DNA of 64,000 nucleotides. It comes from an uncultured Gemmatimonadales bacterium (lineage in GTDB: Bacteria; Gemmatimonadota; Gemmatimonadetes; Gemmatimonadales; GWC2-71-9). Numbering within the stretch: the first letter of the stretch is position 1; each line of letters starts with the position of its first letter. Shown one piece after another: positions 14,170 to 24,436 of the stretch. A model generated the notes under the pieces. That model ran no database searches. It saw only the letters and a program-made list of their open reading frames with translations, and was not told the DNA's origin. A program made the translations under genes and the position numbers. The stretch covers positions 416,001 to 480,000 of the forward strand of contig CAVOGR010000007.1 of the NCBI GenBank assembly GCA_963695555.1. Direction: 5' to 3'.

Positions 14170-17100
14170 TTGGTCGATGTCGCCGCCACCCTGACGGCCG
14201 CCCTCAAAGGCACGTACACCGTCGAGCGCGAGCTCGGCCGCGGCGGCATGGCGATCGTCTTCCTGGCCCAGGACGAAAAGCACCAGCGCCCCGTCGCCAT
14301 CAAGGTGCTGAAGCCCGAGATCGCCAACTCCATCGGCGCCGAGCGCTTCCTCCGTGAAATCGAAGTCGCGGCCCGGCTGAGCCACCCCTATATCCTGAGC
14401 CTCCACGATTCGGGCGAAGCGGACGGACTGCTCTACTACGTCATGCCGTTCGTCGAGGGCGAGACCCTCGGCGACCGGATCACCCGCGAGGGACAGCTGC
14501 CGGTCGAGGACGCCCTCAAGATCACCAAGCAGGTCGCCGCCGCCCTGGCCCACGCCCACAGCATGGGCGTCATCCACCGCGACATCAAACCCGAAAACAT
14601 CATGCTCCAGGGCGACCTGGCCGTGGTCGCCGACTTCGGTATCGCCCGCGCGGTGAGCACCGCCGGCGGCGACAAGCTCACCGAGACCGGCCTCACACTC
14701 GGTACGCTGGCGTACATGAGCCCCGAGCAGGCCGGCGGCGACCACCGGCTCGACAGCCGGAGCGATCTCTACTCGCTGGCCTGCGTGCTCTACGAGATGC
14801 TGAGCGGCGAGCCGCCGTTCAGCGGGCCCACCGCGCAATCGATCATCGCCAAACACCTGCAGGAGCGGCCACCGTCGATCCTGGTCGTTCGGCCGCGGGT
14901 GCCGGCCGCCATCGATCAGGCGCTCGACCGGGCACTCGCCAAGGTGCCCGCCGATCGGCAGAGCGGGGTCACGGAATTCGTCGAGGCGCTGACCAAAAGA
15001 ATGCCGGAGCCGGCGCCGGAACCGAAGGCAAAGCCCAGACGGGCCGGGCGCCACTGGTGGCTCTGGGCGGCACCCGGTGTGGCCGTGGTTGGGCTGGCCA
15101 TGGTGTTCGTACCCCGGCTGGTCTCCGGCAGCCTGAATCCGACCCAGTACGTGCTCGGCACCGAGGACACGGGCGTCGGCGAGAATTCAACGGAGGCGCT
15201 CCGCTGGGAACTCGAGCTCCAGGCAGCACTCGCCCAAGTGCCGAACGTGCTCCTGACCGAGCCCTACCGGGTCAACGACCGGCTGCTGCAGCTGGGCCGC
15301 CCCCCTGCCGATGCCATCGGGTGGTTCAACTTCGCGCGCAAGCTCGGCGCGGGAAAGCTCCTGCTGACGCGCTTCGTGCCGGGACCGGATTCCATGATCG
15401 TGGTGGTCAACGCGTACGACGTTGCCCGCGGCCGAAGCATTGAGCGGGCCCAGGTGGGAGTGCGAACCGACTTCAGCCACGCCGCCGTGCGCGTGGTCGA
15501 ACAACTCTTCAAGCTCGAACGAGGCGTCATCAAAGCGGGCGCAACCAATGACGCGGCGCGGCGCTCCTTCGTGGCCGGGCACCAGGCCCTCAAGTCGTGG
15601 GACCTGAAGGGCGCGGAGCGGCACTTCGCCGAGGCGCTGGCCGAGGATCCGGCGGACGCTCAAGCCAGCCTCTGGCTCGCCAAGGTCAAGCTCTGGGGCG
15701 GCGATCCGGCAGACGAGTGGCTCGCCGCGGCGCGCCGGGCCGGCGGAGCGCTGGAGCAACTGCGGGATGACCGTGAACGCGACGCCGCCCAGGCGCTTCG
15801 GGCCCTTGGCGAAGGGGATTACCTCGATGCGTGCCGGCGATACGATGCCATAGTGGCCGCCGATTCCCAGAATTTCGAGGCCTGGTTTGGCCTCGGCGAA
15901 TGCCACGCGGGCGATCGCCTGGTGCTGCCGGATAGAAAGAGCCCGTCGGGATTTCGTTTCAGGAGCAGCCGCCAGGCAGCAATCACGGCCTATGAACATG
16001 CCTTGGAACAGGTGCCCTCATTCGCGTTCCAGTTCGGGCCGCTCGAACGCTTGAATACCGTGCTCGTGGTAGAGTCGGGCCGGGTGCGGAGCGGTGTCCT
16101 GGCCAGCCCGGATTCGACATTGTACGCCGCCTGGCCTTCAGTCGATCACGACACCCTGGCGTATGTACCATATCCCGCTCAGCAAATCTTTTCCGGTGAT
16201 GTGCCACCGCCACCGAACCAGGACGATGCCGTCTCCCAGAATCGTGACCGGCTGCTCCGAATCGTGCGGACCTGGGCCGCGGCATTTCCCGACTCCTCGA
16301 GCGCCAATCAGGCGCTGGCGCGCGCACTCGAGCTCAAGGGCTTTCTGGACGGTGGGCAGGCGCCCGAACGATCGGCGTTGGCCGCAGCACGGCTGGCCGC
16401 TCGCCAAGCGCGAAGCGCAAACGACAGCCTCGAGTCCGCCGAACTCGAAGTCCGGCTCCTGCTCAAGCTCCAGCGGTTCGACGACCTGCGAAAACTCGCC
16501 AGCGCAACGCTCAGTCGCCATCGGAACCCTTCCCCGCGAGAGGCCCGCCACTTGGTCGGCCTGGCCGCACTCACGGGCCGACCGAACCTGACGGCAGCGT
16601 TGAGTGCCAAGGCCGCGACACTCATGGCCGAGGACCCCGGAGGCCGGTACAGCCAGGTAGCGCTGCCGGTGCTCGAGGCCTGGCAGCGCTTGATGGTGTA
16701 CGCCGCGTTCGGGACGCCGAGCGACAGCATCCGGACGTACGTCACTCGACTCGACACGCTGCTCCAGGTCTACGAGACCCCCGAGGCCGCCGATCGACTG
16801 AAATGTGACGTAGCGTGGTATCCCAGGGCGCTCGCGTGGCCCGAGCTACGGCAGGTTACCAGCGATGAACGGTGTTGGAGTCAGAATAGCCTGTTCGAAA
16901 TGCAATGGGCATTGAACCAGGGCAATCACGACGCCATCCGCTCCGCCTACGATGAATTGCGGTCCATGCGCGAGACCATGGGCCCTGGTGAAGTGGCCCT
17001 GCAAAACGTGTATCACGAGGCCTTGCTGCTTTTGGGAATCGGAGACACCTTATCCGCCTCCCAATTCCTGGGCCGTACCCTTGCGGCCATGGGAGCGCTT

Positions 17101-17298
17101 CGGACCAGCGTGGTAACGGAGGCTCCGCAGGCCGCGAGCCTGGTGCGAGCCATGGCCCTCCGGGCCGAGCTGGCGGCCCAGGCCCGAGATCCGACGGTGG
17201 CCCGGGAATGGGCCCGGAAGGTGATCCAGCTCTGGGAAGACGGAGAAGAGGCTGTGCGGCCGGTGGTCGACCGCATGCGGCAGATTGCCGAACGCTAG
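14170..17298 (+). CDS. Membrane Ser/Thr kinase with large extracytoplasmic helical (TPR-like) domain, paralog 2
   Basis: Intact kinase motifs (HRDIKPEN, DFG, YMSPEQ), TM WWLWAAPGVAVVGLAMVFV, C-terminus homologous to paralog 1; TTG start. Confidence 0.9.
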   Translation: MVDVAATLTAALKGTYTVERELGRGGMAIVFLAQDEKHQRPVAIKVLKPEIANSIGAERFLREIEVAARLSHPYILSLHDSGEADGLLYYVMPFVEGETLGDRITREGQLPVEDALKITKQVAAALAHAHSMGVIHRDIKPENIMLQGDLAVVADFGIARAVSTAGGDKLTETGLTLGTLAYMSPEQAGGDHRLDSRSDLYSLACVLYEMLSGEPPFSGPTAQSIIAKHLQERPPSILVVRPRVPAAIDQALDRALAKVPADRQSGVTEFVEALTKRMPEPAPEPKAKPRRAGRHWWLWAAPGVAVVGLAMVFVPRLVSGSLNPTQYVLGTEDTGVGENSTEALRWELELQAALAQVPNVLLTEPYRVNDRLLQLGRPPADAIGWFNFARKLGAGKLLLTRFVPGPDSMIVVVNAYDVARGRSIERAQVGVRTDFSHAAVRVVEQLFKLERGVIKAGATNDAARRSFVAGHQALKSWDLKGAERHFAEALAEDPADAQASLWLAKVKLWGGDPADEWLAAARRAGGALEQLRDDRERDAAQALRALGEGDYLDACRRYDAIVAADSQNFEAWFGLGECHAGDRLVLPDRKSPSGFRFRSSRQAAITAYEHALEQVPSFAFQFGPLERLNTVLVVESGRVRSGVLASPDSTLYAAWPSVDHDTLAYVPYPAQQIFSGDVPPPPNQDDAVSQNRDRLLRIVRTWAAAFPDSSSANQALARALELKGFLDGGQAPERSALAAARLAARQARSANDSLESAELEVRLLLKLQRFDDLRKLASATLSRHRNPSPREARHLVGLAALTGRPNLTAALSAKAATLMAEDPGGRYSQVALPVLEAWQRLMVYAAFGTPSDSIRTYVTRLDTLLQVYETPEAADRLKCDVAWYPRALAWPELRQVTSDERCWSQNSLFEMQWALNQGNHDAIRSAYDELRSMRETMGPGEVALQNVYHEALLLLGIGDTLSASQFLGRTLAAMGALRTSVVTEAPQAASLVRAMALRAELAAQARDPTVAREWARKVIQLWEDGEEAVRPVVDRMRQIAER

Positions 17299-17329
17299 GC
17301 ATCACGATGTCACGTGAAAGGAAGTATGC

Positions 17330-17959
17330 ATGATGAACGGGAAAACATGGGTCGCGTGCGGGGTTGGGGCCCTGCTCTTTTTTACCGGCACCACGGCCGA
17401 AGCCCAAGGCGACCCAGTAGGCGGGCCGCCGGCGGGCGTTCGCAGCTGTACCGATAACGGCCAGCCACGGGCCGCCATCCTCGGGTACGCCAACAGCCTT
17501 CGCTTCCGGTCGTTGGACCACGACGGCGGCGGCCACCGTGCCAACCTCACCATCGAAGACGCCCAGGGCCGGCGGGTCGGTCCGGTGGCCACCGTGCAAC
17601 CGGTGGATCGGATCAACGAGATGGCCAGTCTGTCACAGGGGCGGGCAGGCACGATCGTCGCCCGGGTCTATGTCGACCCGGAATTCACCGATCCCGTGAC
17701 CAACCAGAAGGGCTTCGCCCCGCGGAACCTGCCGCCGGGCGAAAGCTTCATCATGATCTGCGAGGAGACCACGGGGCAGACCAGCAACTACACCGCGCTC
17801 ATCATCCCGGCGGACGAAAACGAGCCGCTGAGGACCCGCCCGGTCATGTTCTATTCGATTAGCGATCAACTGCCGTCCGCCCGGGCGCGGTTCCAGGCCG
17901 GCAGCAGCGAGGTCATTTGCGTGTCGTGCAAGGCCCGCGGGTGGTGCGAAGTGCAGTAA
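17330..17959 (+). CDS. Secreted hypothetical protein, single copy of the domain repeated in 12620..13924
   Basis: Signal peptide with AEA-Q cleavage; C-terminal CVSCKARGWCEV. Confidence 0.85.
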   Translation: MMNGKTWVACGVGALLFFTGTTAEAQGDPVGGPPAGVRSCTDNGQPRAAILGYANSLRFRSLDHDGGGHRANLTIEDAQGRRVGPVATVQPVDRINEMASLSQGRAGTIVARVYVDPEFTDPVTNQKGFAPRNLPPGESFIMICEETTGQTSNYTALIIPADENEPLRTRPVMFYSISDQLPSARARFQAGSSEVICVSCKARGWCEVQ

Positions 17960-18044
17960 CCTCGTTTCAGCCGGGTGCCGGAGAGAATACGGGCCGCCGT
18001 CCTCGGTGACGAGCGGCCCGTTTCTTACTCATGCCTCGAGGCTG

Positions 18045-18905
<861 letters not shown>

Positions 18906-19024
18906 CCGGCGGCTCCCCCTTACCCGGATACGATAGGAGAAGCATGGACGACCCGCCAGGTCCGGATCGGACGGGCCATGCAACAGGCCTACCGTCCCAC
19001 TTCCCACCATACTACTCCCTGTAC

Positions 19025-19040
19025 TTGATTGATCATTCTA
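19025..19040. promoter_or_regulatory. Putative TetR operator 1
   Basis: TTGATTGATCATTCTA, imperfect palindrome centred on GATC in an AT-rich divergent intergenic region. Confidence 0.5.
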
Positions 19041-19151
19041 CTTGCAGAAGTCGATCAAATGCGTAATCTTGCATCTCGTGATAGGCACCACGACCACACG
19101 GTTGGGGAGCCTCGGCCCGATGGGTACCGCCAGCAAGGTAACCAGGTAGAC

Positions 19152-19167
19152 TTGATTGATCGAACAA
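19152..19167. promoter_or_regulatory. Putative TetR operator 2
   Basis: TTGATTGATCGAACAA, shares CTTGATTGATC with site 1, 10 nt before the TetR start. Confidence 0.55.
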
Positions 19168-19177
19168 CTAAATCAGG

Positions 19178-19870
19178 GTGAGTAGCGGAACCAGGGACCG
19201 GATTCTCGCCGAGGCCTCCCGCCTGTTCCATCGGCAGGGGTATGAGGCAACCGGGGTCGCGACCATACTCCGCGCCGCCGACGTGAACAGCGGGAGCCTC
19301 TATCACTTCTTCCCCGGTAAGGAAGCGCTCTTGGTCGGAGTCCTCGAACGGCACCTGACCCTGCTCGACCCTTCGATCCTGGACCCCGCCGAGGACGCCG
19401 AGAGTGACCCGATCGAGCGGATCTTTACCCTGCTGGAAGCCTATCGACGGGCGCTCCTGGTCACGGACTGCACCCGCGGCTGCCCGGTCGGGAACCTGGC
19501 GCTGGAGGTGGGCAACCGAACCCAGGTGGTCCAATCCCTCATCGACCAGTACTTCGCCGGCTGGACCGGGCGCGTCGAGCGCTGGCTTGACCAGGCAGGT
19601 CCGAGGCTTCCAGCCGGCTCCGACCGGGCCACGCTCTCCCGGCTCGTCCTCTCGGTCATGGAAGGCGGCGTGATGCAGGCCAGGGCAGCGGGGTCACTGG
19701 ATCCGTTCGATGCCTCAGTGGCCGAGCTGCGGCGCCACCTGACGCTGCTCCAGGAGGCCGCCCGCCGCGAGCGGGGCGAGGAGCCCGCTGCCATGGCGCC
19801 CGAAGCAGCGGGGATGGGGCGTGAAGAGCCGGCTCACACGGGCAAGCGCGCCGCCTGGAGGGCCTGGTAG
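19178..19870 (+). CDS. TetR/AcrR family regulator (NemR-like C-terminus)
   Basis: RDRILAEASRLF..GYEATGV..GSLYHFFPGKEALL HTH; GCPVGNLALE. Confidence 0.93.
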   Translation: MSSGTRDRILAEASRLFHRQGYEATGVATILRAADVNSGSLYHFFPGKEALLVGVLERHLTLLDPSILDPAEDAESDPIERIFTLLEAYRRALLVTDCTRGCPVGNLALEVGNRTQVVQSLIDQYFAGWTGRVERWLDQAGPRLPAGSDRATLSRLVLSVMEGGVMQARAAGSLDPFDASVAELRRHLTLLQEAARRERGEEPAAMAPEAAGMGREEPAHTGKRAAWRAW

Positions 19871-20633
19871 TGGCGAGCGGCGGGCCGCCCGTGACCCAGG
19901 AGGAGAGGATCCGGGCAATGGTCCGTCGGGTAGTCTACCGGGCTGTCGGCAAGGCCCCTCCCCGAGCCTCGGCGCGTAACCGGCGCCTGGTGACCGAAGC
20001 CGCGCTCGATGGCGTCGCCTCCGGTGGGCAGCTGGAGATCCCTCGAGGCGCCCTGGTGACACCGCTGGCCAGGCAGGCTGCCATGGAGCGGAAAGTGGCG
20101 CTGGTCGAGGCGGCCGGGGGCCGGGCCGCGACATCCCAGGGCCGGGGACCCGAGGCGGTGCGGGCCGACCCGGCCGCAAAGGTCGTGGCCCTGGGCGCCG
20201 ATCACGGAGGCTACGACTTCAAGGAAATGCTCAAGAGTCACCTGAGCGCCGCGGCTACGCGGTCCTCGATTGCGGAACCGACGGCACCGAATCGGTGGAC
20301 TATCCCGACTTCGCCCTCGCGGTGGCCCAGCTGGTGTCGGAGGGACGCGCGTGGCGCGGCATCCTGGTGGACGGCGCCGGGATCGGCTCATGCATGGCGG
20401 CCAACAAGGTGCCCGGGGTGCGGGCCGCCATGTGCTACGACGAGGCAACGGCGGTCAACAGCCGGGACCACAACGACGCCAACGTCCTGACGCTTGGGGC
20501 GGGCATGATCGGCCCGGACCTGGCCCGCCAGATCGTCACGCGTTGGCTCGACACACCGGCCGAGGGTGGCCGGCACGCGCGTCGCGTCACGAAGATCATG
20601 GACATCGAACATCGATTCTCGAGGCGGCCATGA
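19870..20633 (+). pseudogene. rpiB: Ribose-5-phosphate isomerase B with N-terminal BMC-associated extension; frameshift near 20250 (true lesion or assembly error)
   Basis: First frame gives VALGADHGG; the next frame continues GYAVLDCGTDGTESVDYPDFA..DGAGIGSCMAANKVPGVRAA..SRDHNDANVL..GGRHARRV; start may be GTG 19891. Confidence 0.85.
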
Positions 20634-20669
20634 GCCAAGCCAGGATCTCAGCCGGTCGGGAGGCGGCCG

Positions 20670-21537
20670 GTGAAGAAGCTCGACGACGCGACGCTCGAGC
20701 GGCTCATCGAGCAGATCACCCACCAGGTCCTGGTGCAGGTCGAGGGCAAAGCGGAGAGTCGCGGCAGCGCGGCCGGCGCACCTCCGCTCTCCGCCCAGAA
20801 CTACGTCGATCGGGTGCAGCCGGTGGTATCCGCGGGGGCGGACCGCATCGCCAGCACGCTGGGTGTCGCGCCCACCGATGGCAGCCTGAGCCACATGATC
20901 GATCACACCCTGCTCAAGCCGGACGCAACCCAGGACGAGATCGCCCAGCTCTGCTACGAGGCACGCAAGTACGGCTTCGCGTCGGTGTGCGTGAACCCGT
21001 CGTACGTGAAGCTCTGCGCCGACCTGCTGAAGGGTAGCGACGTGCTCGTCTGCACGGTGGTCGGCTTCCCGCTCGGCGCCACGTCCACCGAGAGCAAGGT
21101 GTTCGAGACGCAGAAGGCGATCCGCGACGGCGCCACCGAGGTCGACATGGTGATCAACGTCGGAGCGCTCAAGTCGCGCGACTACGAGCTGGTCGAGCGC
21201 GACATCGCCTCGGTGGCGCGGGCCTGTCACGCCGGGGGCGCGATCCTCAAGGTGATCATCGAGGCGGCGCTGCTCGACGACGAGGAGAAGGTGGCCGCCT
21301 GCCAGCTCGCCAAGGTGGCCGGCGCCGACTTCGTGAAGACCTCGACCGGGTTCGGTCCGGGCGGGGCGACCGCGGAGGACGTCGCCCTGATGCGGCGCGT
21401 GGTCGGCCCGAAGATCGGCGTCAAGGCCGCCGGCGGCATCCGCAGCCTGCGCCGATGCCCAGCGGATGATCGCCGCCGGCGCCAGTCGCATCGGGGCCAG
21501 CGCCAGCGTCAAGATCGTGCAAGGAGCCACGTCATGA
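20670..21537 (+). CDS. deoC: Deoxyribose-phosphate aldolase with N-terminal encapsulation-peptide-like helix; frameshift near 21449
   Basis: [38 protein letters not shown]; the conserved tail [19 protein letters not shown] lies in another frame ending at TGA 21537. Confidence 0.9.
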
Positions 21538-21546
21538 GGAGCAACC

Positions 21547-22185
21547 ATGTCCGTTGATCTGCGCACCTACGCATTCCTCGACAGCCTGCAGCCGCAGCAC
21601 GCGGCCTATCTGGGGACCGTGGCGCGCGGGTTCCTGCCGCTGCCCGGTGACACGTCGCTGTGGGTCGAGATCTCGCCCGGCATCGAGATCAATCGCATCA
21701 CCGACATCGCGCTCAAGTCGACCAGGGTCCGCCCCGGCATGCAGGTGGTCGAGCGGCTGTTCGGGCTGCTGGAGGTCCATCACGAGATCCAGGCCGAGGT
21801 CCGGGCCGCCGGGGCGGCGATCCTCGAGGCGCTCGAAGTGAAGGAGTTGGACCGCATCAAGCCGCGGGTCGTCTCCAGCCAGATCATCCGCCACGTCGAC
21901 GCCCACCAGGTGCAGCTGGTCAACCGGATGCGGTTCGGTCACATGCTGCTGGCTGGCCAGACGCTGTACGTGCTCGAGGTCGAGCCGGCCGGCTACGCTG
22001 CCCTCGCCGCCAACGAAGCGGAGAAGGCGGCCAACATCAACATTCTCGATGTACGCGCTTTCGGCAGCTTCGGCCGGGTCTACCTCGGCGGCGAGGAACG
22101 GGACATCATGGCCGGCTACGGGGCCGCGGTTGCCGCCATCGAAGGGATCAGCGGCCGCGACATGGAAACGAAGCGGCGGGATTGA
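21547..22185 (+). CDS. BMC shell trimer, circularly permuted CsoS1D/CcmP-like (BMC-T)
   Basis: [44 protein letters not shown]. Confidence 0.9.
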   Translation: MSVDLRTYAFLDSLQPQHAAYLGTVARGFLPLPGDTSLWVEISPGIEINRITDIALKSTRVRPGMQVVERLFGLLEVHHEIQAEVRAAGAAILEALEVKELDRIKPRVVSSQIIRHVDAHQVQLVNRMRFGHMLLAGQTLYVLEVEPAGYAALAANEAEKAANINILDVRAFGSFGRVYLGGEERDIMAGYGAAVAAIEGISGRDMETKRRD

Positions 22186-22228
22186 ACCGCGGGGCAGAAG
22201 AACACTCAACCGACGTCGGGAGGACGGA

Positions 22229-22552
22229 ATGGCTGACGAGTATGGGGCGATCGAAGCGCTGGGCATGATCGAGACCAGGAGCTACCCGGCGATGGTCGAA
22301 GCCGCCGACGCCATGGTCAAGGCGGCCAAGGTCGAGTTGGTGGCGTACGAGAAGACCGGCGGGGGGCACGTGACCGCGATCGTGCGCGGCGACGTGGCCG
22401 CGGTCAAGGCGGCGGTCGAGGCCGGTGCGCGAGGCGCCGAGAAGGTCGGCGAAGTGGTGGCCATCCACGTCATTCCGCGTCCGCACGCCAACGTCGACCG
22501 CGCCCTGCCGCTCGGTCGCATGGACGAAGGGGCCAAGGCCGCGAAGAAGTAA
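22229..22552 (+). CDS. BMC shell hexamer (EutM/PduA-like BMC-H)
   Basis: [46 protein letters not shown]. Confidence 0.95.
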   Translation: MADEYGAIEALGMIETRSYPAMVEAADAMVKAAKVELVAYEKTGGGHVTAIVRGDVAAVKAAVEAGARGAEKVGEVVAIHVIPRPHANVDRALPLGRMDEGAKAAKK

Positions 22553-22663
22553 CGTGAGCCGACGACGAGGCACTGCGGTCCGCCGCCCGATGGACGGCTG
22601 GGTGGGCGGGCCGCCCGATCCCGGAGGCAGCGTGGTGCCTCCGGCACGCGAACGGAGCTCTAC

Positions 22664-22963
22664 ATGCTGCTAGGAAGAGTGGTCGGGACGCTGGTGGCAA
22701 GCCAGAAGGAACCATCCCTCGACGGGCTCAAACTCCTGGTCCTCTCGCAATTGGATGTCGAGGGGAAAGCGACTGGCGGGTACCGGGTGGCCGTCGACGC
22801 CGTCGGAGCCGGCATGGGGGAGGTGGTGCTGTTCGCCACCGGCAGTTCGGCGCGGCAGACCGCCGTGACCGAAAAGCGACCGTGCGACGGCGTCATCATG
22901 GCCATCGTCGATGTGCTCGAGGTCGGCGGCGAGATCAAGTACGACAAGGCGAGAGACGGCTGA
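22664..22963 (+). CDS. BMC vertex pentamer (EutN/CcmL family) 1
   Basis: [38 protein letters not shown]. Confidence 0.95.
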   Translation: MLLGRVVGTLVASQKEPSLDGLKLLVLSQLDVEGKATGGYRVAVDAVGAGMGEVVLFATGSSARQTAVTEKRPCDGVIMAIVDVLEVGGEIKYDKARDG

Positions 22964-22965
22964 CC

Positions 22966-24432
22966 ATGGACGACACCCAGATTCAGGCCGTGATCGACCG
23001 GGTGATGGCGGAGCTCGGTCAAGGTGAGCGGGCGGGACACGGACCGAGCCCTGCCCCACGAGCCCCGGCGGCTCACCCGGCGCCGGCGCCACAGGACGTC
23101 CGCCACGGCGGCAACCTCTTCGCCGACGTCGACGGTGCAGTGGATGCAGCCGCTCGGGCCTTCCGCCGGCTGCACGATCTCCCGCTCTCCCTGCGTACCA
23201 ACATGATCGCCCACATCCGGCGAACCATGCGGGAGAACGCCCAGCCGCTCGCCTACGCGGCCTGGGAGGAATCGGGCCTGGGCCGGTACGAGGACAAGAT
23301 CGAAAAGGTCCTGCTCAACGCCAACAAGGCCCCGGGCACGGAATTCCTCGAGACCGGTGCCTGGAGCGGGGACGGCGGACTGACGGTGGTGGAGTTTGCG
23401 CCATACGGCGTGATCGGCGCGATCATTCCGAGCACCAATCCGATCTCAACCGTGGTGTGCAACACCATCAGCATGGTGGCCGCCGGGAACGCGGTGGTGT
23501 TCAACGCGCACCCGGGCGCCCGGCGGTGCTCCAATCAGGCGGTGCAGCTCATCAACGACGCCATCATCGAGGCGGGGGGGCCGGCCAACCTGGTCTCCGC
23601 CGTGGCCGAGCCGACGATCGAGACCGCCCAGCAGCTCATGCAGCATCGCGGAGTGCGGCTCCTGACCGTCACCGGCGGATCGGCCGTGGTGCGGGCCGCG
23701 ATGCAAAGCGGCAAGCGGGCCATCTGCGCCGGGCCCGGCAATCCGCCCGTGGTGGTGGACGAGACAGCCGACCTCGAGCAGGCCGGCCGCGACATCGTGC
23801 GGGGCGCGTCGTTCGACAACAACATCGTCTGTACCGACGAAAAAGAAGTGTTTGCTGTCGCCGCCATCGCCGATCGGTTGAAGCAGGCCATGTGCGCCCA
23901 CGGAGCAGTCGAGATCACGAGCCAGCAGATGGAGCGGCTGCGTCCGGTCATCTTCACCGACCGGCCCGCGGCGGGACACTACGGCACCATGAACAAGGAC
24001 TTGATCGGCAAGAACGCCAATCAGCTGCTCCGGCACATCGGCGTCGAGGCCGGGGACGAGGTTCGGCTGGTCTTGGTGGAAGTGGACCGTGACGACCCTT
24101 TGGTGTTCTCGGAGCAGATGATGCCCATCTTCCCCCTGGTGCGCGTCCGCGACGCCAACGAAGGTATCGACCTCGCCAAGGTGGCTGAGCATGGGTTCCG
24201 GCACACGGCCGTCATGCACTCGAAGAACCTCGATCACCTGAGCCGCATGGCGAGGGAAATGGACTGCAGCATCTTCGTCAAGAATGGCTCGTCCTTCGAT
24301 GGGCTCGGCTACGGCGGCGAAGGTTTTTGTTCGTTCACCATTGCGAGCCCGACCGGTGAGGGGCTCACCAACCCCATCAGCTTCAGCCGCATCCGGCGGT
24401 GTGTGCTGAAGGACTCCTTCCGAATCATATGA
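22966..24432 (+). CDS. Acylating aldehyde dehydrogenase (EutE/PduP-like) with encapsulation peptide
   Basis: PSTNP, TGG, GPGNPP, SFDNNIVCTDEKE catalytic Cys, SPTGEGLT; N-terminal MDDTQIQAVIDRVMAEL then Pro/Ala linker. Confidence 0.93.
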   Translation: MDDTQIQAVIDRVMAELGQGERAGHGPSPAPRAPAAHPAPAPQDVRHGGNLFADVDGAVDAAARAFRRLHDLPLSLRTNMIAHIRRTMRENAQPLAYAAWEESGLGRYEDKIEKVLLNANKAPGTEFLETGAWSGDGGLTVVEFAPYGVIGAIIPSTNPISTVVCNTISMVAAGNAVVFNAHPGARRCSNQAVQLINDAIIEAGGPANLVSAVAEPTIETAQQLMQHRGVRLLTVTGGSAVVRAAMQSGKRAICAGPGNPPVVVDETADLEQAGRDIVRGASFDNNIVCTDEKEVFAVAAIADRLKQAMCAHGAVEITSQQMERLRPVIFTDRPAAGHYGTMNKDLIGKNANQLLRHIGVEAGDEVRLVLVEVDRDDPLVFSEQMMPIFPLVRVRDANEGIDLAKVAEHGFRHTAVMHSKNLDHLSRMAREMDCSIFVKNGSSFDGLGYGGEGFCSFTIASPTGEGLTNPISFSRIRRCVLKDSFRII

Positions 24433-24436
24433 CACC

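Noticed and set aside
19870..20490. 206-aa ORF and 20295-20633 as two separate genes
   Set aside because: They are two frames of one frameshifted rpiB; the tail of the first ORF is out-of-frame sequence
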